Shown here one piece after another: positions 54,671-63,506 of a stretch of 64,000 nt of DNA. The notes under the pieces are model-generated. The model made no database searches. It was not told the origin of the DNA and was given only the letters and a program-made list of their open reading frames with translations. The position numbers were made by a program, and so were the translations under genes. Numbering within the stretch: the stretch's first letter is position 1; each line of letters begins with the position of its first letter. This DNA comes from Patescibacteria group bacterium (GTDB lineage: Bacteria > Patescibacteriota > Patescibacteriia > UBA10025 > JAHIVO01), in NCBI GenBank assembly GCA_043808365.1, contig JAZDEZ010000007.1, positions 73,637-137,636 on the forward strand. The letters run 5' to 3'.

Positions 54671-57337
54671 ATGTATCTCCAACAACTAGTCATCCAGGGT
54701 TTTAAATCATTTGCCAGCAAATCCGTCCTAGAATTCAAGCGGGGCATTACGGCTATTGTCGGCCCGAATGGCTCCGGCAAGTCAAACACCGCTGATGCGG
54801 TGCGCTGGGTCCTGGGCGAACAAAGCCTGAAGACGCTCCGCGGCAAGAAATCCGAGGATGTTATTTTTGCGGGATCGGACAAGAAATCACGCCTCGGTTT
54901 CTGCCAGGTGGACATGCACCTGAATAACGAGGACCGCCAGGCACCGATTGATTACGGTGAAATCATCATCACCAGGAAAATCTACCGGGACGGCGAGGGG
55001 GAATATTTCATAAACAAAAACAAGGTTAGGCTCCAGGACATCCTGCTCCTGTTGGCCAAATCAAATTTCGGCCAGCGGTCATACAGCATCATCAGCCAGG
55101 GCATGGTGGACCTGTTCCTGGCCGCCACGCCGTCGCAAAGGAAGGAATTTTTTGACGAAGCGGCAGGCGTACGCCAATACCAATTGAAAAAGGAACAGGC
55201 CGAGCACAAACTCAACCTAACCAAGGAAAACCTCAATCAGGCTCAGCTGCTCATCCAGGAAATCGAACCGCGTCTCCGGTCTCTGACCCGGCAGGTGCAC
55301 CGCCTGGAAAAACGGGAAGAAGTACAGGCAGAATTGAAAGACGTCCAGCACGCCTATTACACCGGCCAATGGCATGACCTGGATAAACAGCATGGGATAG
55401 AAGAAAAAAAATTCAACGAGACTGACAAGAAACGCGAATCAATCACCAAAGAATTGGCCGCCATCCAGGCCCACATGCGCGAATTGGCCATGGGCACGAC
55501 CCGGCAAGAAGAATACGACAAGCTCCAGCGGGAATACAACTGGCTCACTGTGGAAAAAAATTCTTTACTGCGCGACCAGGCCGTCATCAAAGGGAAAATT
55601 ACGGTCAATCGTGAACAACAGGGCCAATATGATCTGGTCTGGCTCGAGCGCCGCCAGGAACAATTACAAACGGCTATCAGCGGGCTTGATAAATCCAGCG
55701 CCGACCATTCCGCCCAAGCGGAAAAATTTTCCGGCCATTTGGTTGAAAAGGAAAAAGCATTCCTGGCCATCTCCTCAGAAATTCAGACGCTGAACCAAAA
55801 CCTCCAAGCGTCGCGCAGCCGGATGGCCAACCAAAAAACAATTGCCATCCCGGAAATCGCCCAATCCATTGACCAGCTTCTGACCGGGCAACAGGAATTA
55901 TTGAATAAGATCGAACAGGCCCAGACATTGGACGAGCTCCAGGCGGTCAAGACCACGGCTCGGGCCATCACCAGCCAACTGCGCCACCTGGCGCAGAAAT
56001 TGCGCGAATCAGGCTCTGGCGATCCGCACGAGGTCATCAGTATCCAGGACCAAATCGCCAAACTGCTCGGGCACAAGGAAACGATCGCCACTGAAATTAA
56101 TTCCTTGCAGATCCGTCTCCAAGTCCACCAGGAAAAGGAATCCTTGCATCGGGCCCAATTGAAAAGCCTGACAGATGAATTGGCCAAAATTTCCCGCGAC
56201 CTGTCCCGTGCTTCTTCGTCAAAAACCGCTTCGGAATTGTCCCAGGACATTGCCGATGACGAGAAGGAAATCAGCCAGAAAATAACGGCTATTGAGGCTC
56301 AATTGTCAAAAATTACCGAACAGATATCGTCGTTCAACCAGACTGAGCAGAAGAAAAAAGAGGAAGTCTTCAAACAGCAGAATATTTTCTCAATAAAACA
56401 GCAGGCGCTCAATGCCATTACCGCGGAGCTGAACGGCGTCCAGATCGCCATTGCCAAGATCGAAACGCACCAGGAGGATTTGGCCAAAGAAATGACGGAT
56501 GAGCTGACAGACGAAGAACGCGCCAAAGTGAAGGCGGGTCCGGCCGCACCGCCGGAGCCGCAACTGTTCGAACAGATACAGCATCTGAAAAAACAGATTG
56601 AGCTGATCGGCGGCATTGACCCTCAGGTGGCGGAAGAGTACAAGTCAACAAAAGAGCGCTTTGATTTTCTGGCCAAAGAGACCGAGGACCTGAACCAAGC
56701 CATGGCTGACCTGGAATCAGCCATCGCCAACCTGAACGAAACTATCAAAGAGCAATTCAGTAAGGCGTTTGAGCAGATCAATGAGCAGTTTGGTGAATAT
56801 TTCAAAATTCTTTTCAACGGCGGCCGCGCCAATTTGTCATTGATCAAGGAAGAGCCGAAAAGCCCGGAAGAAGAGCTGGCTGAAATGGGGGAAGAAGATA
56901 ATGAAGAAGGGGAGGACGATGCGGAGGAGGAAGAAAAGAAAAAAAATCCGCTCTATGCCAAAAAAACCGAAAAAATAATTACCGGCATTGATATCCACGC
57001 CACTCCGCCCGGTAAGAAGCTCCGCGGCATCAGCATGCTGTCCGGCGGTGAACGGGCCCTGACCTCCATTGCCCTGATCTGCGCCATTATCCACAATAAC
57101 CCGTCGCCATTCGTCATCCTGGACGAAGTAGATGCCGCATTGGACGAGACCAATTCAATCCGATTCGCCTCAATCGTCGAAAGGCTGTCAAAAAAAACCC
57201 AGTTCATCGTCATTACCCACAACCGCGCGACCATGAACAAGGCGAATATCATTTACGGCGTGACCATGAGCGATGACGGCGCCTCAAAGCTCCTGTCCAT
57301 TGACATGGCCGAGGCGGAGAAGATCGTGAATAGATAA
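54671..57337 (+). CDS. smc: Chromosome segregation protein SMC (short form)
   Basis: 888 aa. Walker A GPNGSGKSN, long coiled coils, signature LSGGERALT and Walker B FVILDEVDAALD. Confidence 0.9.
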   Translation: MYLQQLVIQGFKSFASKSVLEFKRGITAIVGPNGSGKSNTADAVRWVLGEQSLKTLRGKKSEDVIFAGSDKKSRLGFCQVDMHLNNEDRQAPIDYGEIIITRKIYRDGEGEYFINKNKVRLQDILLLLAKSNFGQRSYSIISQGMVDLFLAATPSQRKEFFDEAAGVRQYQLKKEQAEHKLNLTKENLNQAQLLIQEIEPRLRSLTRQVHRLEKREEVQAELKDVQHAYYTGQWHDLDKQHGIEEKKFNETDKKRESITKELAAIQAHMRELAMGTTRQEEYDKLQREYNWLTVEKNSLLRDQAVIKGKITVNREQQGQYDLVWLERRQEQLQTAISGLDKSSADHSAQAEKFSGHLVEKEKAFLAISSEIQTLNQNLQASRSRMANQKTIAIPEIAQSIDQLLTGQQELLNKIEQAQTLDELQAVKTTARAITSQLRHLAQKLRESGSGDPHEVISIQDQIAKLLGHKETIATEINSLQIRLQVHQEKESLHRAQLKSLTDELAKISRDLSRASSSKTASELSQDIADDEKEISQKITAIEAQLSKITEQISSFNQTEQKKKEEVFKQQNIFSIKQQALNAITAELNGVQIAIAKIETHQEDLAKEMTDELTDEERAKVKAGPAAPPEPQLFEQIQHLKKQIELIGGIDPQVAEEYKSTKERFDFLAKETEDLNQAMADLESAIANLNETIKEQFSKAFEQINEQFGEYFKILFNGGRANLSLIKEEPKSPEEELAEMGEEDNEEGEDDAEEEEKKKNPLYAKKTEKIITGIDIHATPPGKKLRGISMLSGGERALTSIALICAIIHNNPSPFVILDEVDAALDETNSIRFASIVERLSKKTQFIVITHNRATMNKANIIYGVTMSDDGASKLLSIDMAEAEKIVNR

Positions 57338-57422
57338 CCGGCCAATATCATGCCTCCCTTCTCCCTTCCAGGCCCGCTTCGCCGCGAGGCGAGGAGAAGG
57401 GCTTGGGGGATGAGGGGGGGCC

Positions 57423-57451
57423 TTGACGGGAAACCGCTTTTACCCTAAAAT
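57423..57451 (+). promoter_or_regulatory. Sigma70-like promoter of rpsP
   Basis: TTGACG, 17 nt, TAAAAT. The -10 element ends 9 nt before the ATG. Confidence 0.6.
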
Positions 57452-57460
57452 ACTTATACT

Positions 57461-57856
57461 ATGCTAACCATAAGACTTTCAAGGTTCGGCAAAAAGAAAC
57501 ATCCGGTTTTCCGGGTAATCGTTTCGGAAAAAACCAAAGACACGGTTGGCGACTATTTGGAATTGCTCGGGACATATGATCCGCACACCAAAAAAGTTGA
57601 GTTAAAAACGGAACGCGTCCACTACTGGCTGACCAAGGGCGCCACTGCCTCGGGCGTGGTCCATAACCTGCTGATCGACCAGAAACTTATCACTGGCGAG
57701 AAAATCAAGGTGGCGAATATCAAGAAAAAAGAAGAGGTGAAGCCTACTGCGGAAGCGCCCCAGCCAAAGGCTAGTCCCCGCCCACCTGCTTCCCCGCAGG
57801 AAGCGGGCGCGGCGCCTCAGGCGGAAAAAACGGAAGTAATCAAGCCAGCCGCATAA
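57461..57856 (+). CDS. rpsP: 30S ribosomal protein S16 with a Pro/Ala-rich C-terminal extension
   Basis: MLTIRLSRFGKKKHPVFRVIVSEKTKDTVGDYLELLGTYDP. Confidence 0.92.
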   Translation: MLTIRLSRFGKKKHPVFRVIVSEKTKDTVGDYLELLGTYDPHTKKVELKTERVHYWLTKGATASGVVHNLLIDQKLITGEKIKVANIKKKEEVKPTAEAPQPKASPRPPASPQEAGAAPQAEKTEVIKPAA

Positions 57857-57987
57857 AAATTATTAAAATAAAAACTGTCCCATAAACAGTGTTTCTTTAT
57901 AAGGAGTTTCACTGGAGGGATGCCCCGCACTCAAGTATCGAGCGTACTGGAGCAACTTTTTGGTATTTTATTACTTAATATAATAAT

Positions 57988-59997
57988 ATGAAAAAAACAA
58001 CAGTAATCCTCACGTTGTCAGCCGGACTGCTCCTCGGAGGGCTTTTGGTTTCTCATCCAGCCCATGCGGCTACTGCTCCCTACCTTTTACCCAGCATGGA
58101 CAGCGAAACCATTGCCACGCCGACTACGATCATTAATTTGAAACCTGTTTTGATACAGCCGACCGGCGTTCCGTCAAATATACTGCGCGCTCCACTGCAA
58201 ATCGCTCCTGATAACAAAACCCCAACGAGGGACTGTATTGACCCGGACACCTACACAGACGGGTACTTCTACTATAATGACCCAACAAACACGCCAATTA
58301 CCCTGACCCTGTGCAATAAGACATACACCCGGACTACCGCTATATATAAAATCGTCGGCATTAACTCGGCTAACGTGACGCTCGACTGCAACGGCGCGAT
58401 CATGGTCGGCAACTACGATTTCAGCGCTCCGGCCCCGAACCCAGCGTACTATAAAATCGCCATCTATGCCCTGGTCGCGAATAATTTAACGATCAAGAAC
58501 TGCACCATCGGCGGGTTCGGCTACGGCATGTATGTCGGCGGGGGGTATGACTCATGGTTCCACTTGCCCAACCCGCCGATGCAAGTGACTCTCTTTAATA
58601 ACACTTTCACCCAAAGTTCTTACATCGACATGGTCGTCAGCTCGGCGATCAACAGCGATATTTATAACAACACCCGAGCCGCGGGCACCGACAACCGCAG
58701 TGTGCTGCCTACCATAGACCTGGAGTTCGTATCAGACAGTTCCATTCACGACAACACCCTGCTGTCCAACGGCGGCATCAACCTGGCGTTCAATTCGAAT
58801 AACAACCAGGTGTACGGCAACACCCTCGGCCAATTTACCGCCGGGGCAGCCACGCCGTATGCCATCTTCCTGAACCACGGCTCGGCAAACAATAACGTGT
58901 ACAATAACGCCATCACCGGCGCCGCTGGGCAGGGAATCCGCTTCGATGGCGAACGCGATACCGATACCTTCTTAAACAGTGGCGGCGCGAAATTCAACGA
59001 CGTCCATAACAATTCGATCACCGATACAACCAGCGCCCTGTACTTCACCGGTGGCGCCCACTCCAATACCGCACACGACAACACCATCGCCAACGCCGCA
59101 GACGGGGTGCTTATGGAAGGCTTTTATGTACATGGCAATTGGGCGTACTCCCACGACAACACCATCCACACTAACTTAATAGAATCATGCTCCAGCACTG
59201 GCCTGTATCTCACGAACGGCAACACCGGCAATATTATTTATAATAATAGCTTCGTCAATAATTTCATCCAAGCGGCAGAGATGGCGGCTGGCAATTTTTT
59301 TGACAGCAATGGCCAGGGCAACAACTGGAGCGATTATGACGAGGAAATAGAAGGGTGCCTGGATACCAATACTGACGGCGTCTGCGACGCCTCATATACT
59401 ACCGGCGGTATGAGCGGCGCTGTTGACCATTACCCCCTGACTGATATGACCATTTGGGCCGAGAATGCGCCGCCGACGCTCGCTCCTCTCGCTGAGGTAA
59501 ATGTCAATGAAGGCCAAAAAATCACCATCCAGCTGGCAGGCAGCGATCCGGACAGCCAGATTACATACTACACCAATGCTGGCGAGGTAATTTATGACGG
59601 CTTTGCTTTTGACCCGGCTACGGGCTTATTTGAATGGACGCCGGCCTATCATCAATCAGGAGTTTACCACATCAATTTCGGGGTAACCGACGGCCAGTAC
59701 CGGGATTCTGACCTGGTGACCGTCACGGTTAATGATGTTTACCTCGTCTGCGGGGACAGCAATTGGGACAGCACTATTAATATTCTGGATATTGTTTACC
59801 TTATCAATTATATTTATAAAAGCGGACCCTTGCCTATGCCGTACAAATACATTGCCGATGTCAATGGTGAAGGCGCCGTTAATATTCTGGATATCGTTTT
59901 TCTGATCAACTACATTTACAAGCATGGCCCTCAGATAGTCGAACAACCCGGCGTCTGCCACAGTCCCACTAACGTAAACACGGAATTCGCCAACTAG
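57988..59997 (+). CDS. Secreted parallel beta-helix (pectate-lyase/NosD-like) protein with an Ig/cadherin-like module and a C-terminal dockerin
   Basis: Signal peptide MKKTTVILTLSAGLLLGGLLVSHPAHA. Repeated N.I..N / H.N turns. The C-terminus has duplicated DSNWDSTINILDIVYLINYIYKSGP / DVNGEGAVNILDIVFLINYIYKHGP, a type I dockerin-like pair. Confidence 0.75.
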   Translation: MKKTTVILTLSAGLLLGGLLVSHPAHAATAPYLLPSMDSETIATPTTIINLKPVLIQPTGVPSNILRAPLQIAPDNKTPTRDCIDPDTYTDGYFYYNDPTNTPITLTLCNKTYTRTTAIYKIVGINSANVTLDCNGAIMVGNYDFSAPAPNPAYYKIAIYALVANNLTIKNCTIGGFGYGMYVGGGYDSWFHLPNPPMQVTLFNNTFTQSSYIDMVVSSAINSDIYNNTRAAGTDNRSVLPTIDLEFVSDSSIHDNTLLSNGGINLAFNSNNNQVYGNTLGQFTAGAATPYAIFLNHGSANNNVYNNAITGAAGQGIRFDGERDTDTFLNSGGAKFNDVHNNSITDTTSALYFTGGAHSNTAHDNTIANAADGVLMEGFYVHGNWAYSHDNTIHTNLIESCSSTGLYLTNGNTGNIIYNNSFVNNFIQAAEMAAGNFFDSNGQGNNWSDYDEEIEGCLDTNTDGVCDASYTTGGMSGAVDHYPLTDMTIWAENAPPTLAPLAEVNVNEGQKITIQLAGSDPDSQITYYTNAGEVIYDGFAFDPATGLFEWTPAYHQSGVYHINFGVTDGQYRDSDLVTVTVNDVYLVCGDSNWDSTINILDIVYLINYIYKSGPLPMPYKYIADVNGEGAVNILDIVFLINYIYKHGPQIVEQPGVCHSPTNVNTEFAN

Positions 59998-60212
59998 ACA
60001 ATTACCCTGCATATCTGGAAACTCTTAATTTGAGATTGTTAAATTATTCAACGCTCTCGAATTATTCACGGGCTTCTTGATTGAGAATAATGAATACCCC
60101 AAAAACATCTCCCAGCCGGTCAGTGTCACCGTCCGCGATAACTGCCGTATTACCAAGTTTGAGAAGAGATCCTGCGCCTGGCCAGTGGAGGCGGTTGGGG
60201 GTAACTAAACAT

Positions 60213-60242
60213 TTGACAGATTCATCATGAAACTGCTAGCAT
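60213..60242 (+). promoter_or_regulatory. Sigma70-like promoter of the KH-domain gene
   Basis: TTGACA, 18 nt, TAGCAT. Confidence 0.55.
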
Positions 60243-60319
60243 AACTACAGGAAATCCAGTTCTGATCAGGTCGACAGTACTGGCACCTTAATAGATTAAA
60301 CTGAAGAACCACAATAATT

Positions 60320-60643
60320 ATGGCAAAAGAACACGACCAGGAATTCGTAGAGTACGTGGTCAAATCGCTTGTCGACAAGCCGGATGACGTTTCAACGGAC
60401 CGGACCGTCGATGAGATGGGCGTCCTGCTCACCCTCAAGGTCAATCCAGCCGATCTCGGCCAGGTTATCGGCCGCCAGGGACAGACCGCCAAGGCTATCC
60501 GCACCCTATTGCGGGTTGTCGGCGCAAAAAACCACGCCCGGGTCAATTTGAAGATCTACGAGCCGGAAGGCTACCGCAAAGGTCCTCGCCCGACGCAAGG
60601 CGAACCGGTAGACACCTCAGCGGTTGACGATCTGAAGATCTAA
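60320..60643 (+). CDS. KH-domain RNA-binding protein (YlqC/UPF0109-like)
   Basis: VVKSLVDKPDDV .. LTLKVNPADLGQVIGRQGQTAKAIRTLLRVVG. Confidence 0.85.
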   Translation: MAKEHDQEFVEYVVKSLVDKPDDVSTDRTVDEMGVLLTLKVNPADLGQVIGRQGQTAKAIRTLLRVVGAKNHARVNLKIYEPEGYRKGPRPTQGEPVDTSAVDDLKI

Positions 60644-60840
60644 ATTTCACAATCAAAACATTATAAACAAAAGCTGCTCAAACGAGCGGCTTTTGTGTTT
60701 CTGCAAGCGCCCCCCTCTTGCTCCTTATACTGTCATTGCGAAGAGTGGAGCGACGAAGCAATCTCATATTGACAATCATAATAATATACTTTAGGATAAG
60801 AAACTAACGTACATTAACAATAAAAAACAGGAGTCAATGA

Positions 60841-61476
60841 ATGTCTTCGGAAAAAACCACACCACAGCATTCTGATAAAAAAGCAAGGAACGTAAGGCGG
60901 GAATATCTGATAATAATCGTCATTACTGTGATGATCACTCTAGGTATTCAGATTTTTCTGATAATACCATTACGCGTTGGCTCAGGCTCAATGGAAGATT
61001 CGCTGCTGGTTGGAGATTACGTTTTGATCAATAGAATGGCTTACCAGCTGGTACAGCCTGAGTTGGGTGATATTATCGTTTTCAAAAACCCGTTCAATCC
61101 CAAATCTGACGATTATATCAAAAGGGTGATCGCCTTGCCGAACCAGGAAGTTAAAATTATTGACCGGACGGTCTATGCCGACAATCAACCAATAATTGAT
61201 TTTCCGCATGTTAAGCATACCGCTTCCCGCATCCAGGCGGATTCGTCGTCAACAGGAGATAATTTTGGACCAGTTATTGTGCCAGTCGGACACTATTTCG
61301 TCCTGGGCGATAACCGTGATAACAGCAACGACAGCCGCTCCTGGGGATTTGTCCCAGCCGGTGATATCAAAGGAGAGGCCGTGTTCATTTATTGGTCAAG
61401 CCGAAGTGACGGGGAAAATCGTCTTGGCAATTTTTTTACTGGCATCAGATGGGACAGGATATTCACGGTTTTATGA
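60841..61476 (+). CDS. lepB: Signal peptidase I
   Basis: 211 aa. A TM segment is followed by GSGSMEDSL (catalytic Ser), YIKRVIALP (catalytic Lys) and GDNRDNSNDSR. Confidence 0.9.
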   Translation: MSSEKTTPQHSDKKARNVRREYLIIIVITVMITLGIQIFLIIPLRVGSGSMEDSLLVGDYVLINRMAYQLVQPELGDIIVFKNPFNPKSDDYIKRVIALPNQEVKIIDRTVYADNQPIIDFPHVKHTASRIQADSSSTGDNFGPVIVPVGHYFVLGDNRDNSNDSRSWGFVPAGDIKGEAVFIYWSSRSDGENRLGNFFTGIRWDRIFTVL

Positions 61477-61654
61477 AATATAAAAGTGTCATGCCCTTTC
61501 AATGAACCGGTGATAAAGCTGTCCTAATTGACCTTTAATAACCGCTTCGTTGGTCAGAACGAAGCAATAATCCAAAACCAACCCTAAACCACAACGGGTT
61601 TAGGGCAAGAAACCATAGCCGATGGACATTGAGCCTAGGCGATTGGAGGAAATC

Positions 61655-62266
61655 ATGAGTAAAGAAGTATTAACCGTCGATGAACTCTTAGCACTGTTGT
61701 CCAAACAGGTGCTCGTTAGAGCCACGATTCACGCTGGCTTGATCCGCTATGAAACAAAGGAGGATATTCCTCGTACGTGTCGCATCGATAAATTACCCTC
61801 ATCAGAGAAACCGCCTATTACCATTATCCATATCATTGGCTTGTATAAAGATCATGAGGAGAACATAGTATCAATAGGGAAGATACTATACGATGATATT
61901 GGAGGAGACTGGCACAATGCTAATTTCCTGCCGACTCAATACCCGATCCAGAATAACAACGTGCGACAAGCGTACGATAAAGTACTAGATACTCTCAAAT
62001 TTCCCGGCTGGGATAAACCGCAGCCAGCCTGCGCCAATTGGGAATTCCAGCCATTAGTGATAAGCGAATTGCTCAACCCGGAGAAACGAGGAAGGACCCA
62101 TTGCATCACCCTCGACCCCCACGACTCCCGACTGATGGTACACTATGCGTATATTTCAGGGAGACTGAAGGAATACATGATTCAAACAAAACAATATTGC
62201 TGGGCAACCATAAACGATCGGTTCAACGGTTTCATCCGTGCCGGTCTGCCAAAGCTCATTAAATAA
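61655..62266 (+). CDS. Hypothetical protein, paralog A of a duplicated cassette
   Basis: TGGAGGA RBS before MSKEVLTVDELL. Its C-terminal part aligns with 62725-63243 (HCITLDPHDSRLMVHYAYISGRLKEY versus HCVECSPFSPHLLICYTYLLKELQRI). Confidence 0.55.
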   Translation: MSKEVLTVDELLALLSKQVLVRATIHAGLIRYETKEDIPRTCRIDKLPSSEKPPITIIHIIGLYKDHEENIVSIGKILYDDIGGDWHNANFLPTQYPIQNNNVRQAYDKVLDTLKFPGWDKPQPACANWEFQPLVISELLNPEKRGRTHCITLDPHDSRLMVHYAYISGRLKEYMIQTKQYCWATINDRFNGFIRAGLPKLIK

Positions 62267-62289
62267 CCAACTTCGCAACCACCGTCTGT

Positions 62290-62324
62290 CCCCGCCTGCC
62301 GTGCCTATAGCACTGGCGGGCAGG
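62290..62324. repeat. Minimal GC-clamp hairpin element (14-nt cargo)
   Basis: CCCCGCCTGCC-GTGCCTATAGCACT-GGCGGGCAGG, with the same termini as the tRNA-carrying cassettes. Confidence 0.7.
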
Positions 62325-62724
62325 CACGGTGTAAATTATAAGGACAGTCCCTGCTTAGACTGTCCTTTTTATATTGCTTGAAAAAATTCAAATGTCCGCC
62401 CCTCCCCTTCAGGGGAGGGGTCGGGGGTGGCTAGGCTGGTTCATGCACAATATGTGCTTACAATAATAGGGACTGGAGGTGAAGGAATCGATTCACATCG
62501 CCGCCCCCTCGTTGTCATCCTGAACTTGATTCAGGATCTCGGCTATCATAACTAACTAAGATCCCGGGTCAAGTCTGAAATGACAAAAAGAGTGATACTT
62601 GACGTCTCGCCTTCCTTGCGATAGGCTATCCTAATTGACCTTTAACAACCGTCCTGCTGGGCAGAGTAGGATACAACCACAAACCATAGCCGACGATGCG
62701 TAATCTAGGCGACTGGAGGAAAAT

Positions 62725-63243
62725 ATGAACGAACAAACTATCGGCCCGCTCATTGAGCTTGCCAGAAGCGGGAAAATTATTGTCCGGTCTGGGACACATT
62801 TCCTGAATCGAGACTGGATTCGGACATCTGTTTTAGCGCTGATAGTTGACGGGGAAGAGTATTGCACCGTGGACATGCAGTTCTGGTTTCATGGAGAAAC
62901 ATTAGAATGTCAACATACGCCGCCTCATGCCCCGGCGAATAAACTGGAGTACGACGAAAAAAGCCTGGCCGATCGGCTGCGTTTCATATGCCATCCAGAC
63001 ATCGCTCTTGAAAAAAGGCAAGTGGCAGCCTCACTAAATAACGGCCGCCATTGCGTTGAATGTTCGCCGTTTAGTCCACATCTCTTGATATGCTACACCT
63101 ATCTTCTCAAGGAATTGCAGCGCATCAGTCATCAGCCTGAAGAAGGCCATGGAGCGGTAACTCTCTATCGACGCTTTGACGCCTTCGTTGGTGAGCAAAT
63201 CAGTAATGCCCGCAAACAAGGGGCTTTCGTCCAGTTTGCATAG
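62725..63243 (+). CDS. Hypothetical protein, paralog B of a duplicated cassette
   Basis: TGGAGGA RBS. The upstream block CCTAATTGACCTTTAA..AACCATAGCCGA..CTAGGCGAYTGGAGGAAA is shared with paralog A. Confidence 0.55.
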   Translation: MNEQTIGPLIELARSGKIIVRSGTHFLNRDWIRTSVLALIVDGEEYCTVDMQFWFHGETLECQHTPPHAPANKLEYDEKSLADRLRFICHPDIALEKRQVAASLNNGRHCVECSPFSPHLLICYTYLLKELQRISHQPEEGHGAVTLYRRFDAFVGEQISNARKQGAFVQFA

Positions 63244-63506
63244 CGAGTTGTTTCTAAACACCTTTCATCATCCTCAAAAAGCAGCCCTGCCCGGCTGTTT
63301 TTTTATATTGCTTGAAAAAATGCAAGTACCCCCTCCCGAAAGGAAGGGCTGGGAGTGGGGAGGTAATGGAACATTCCACCAAGCGCACCTCTCCGTGGGT
63401 GCGCGATCATACATACACACGCGCGGGCAGAGACGCCCGCGCTCGGAGGAGGATTATTTCCTCAATAAAGAGAAAACTATGATATACTTACTTAGTAATA
63501 AATTTT

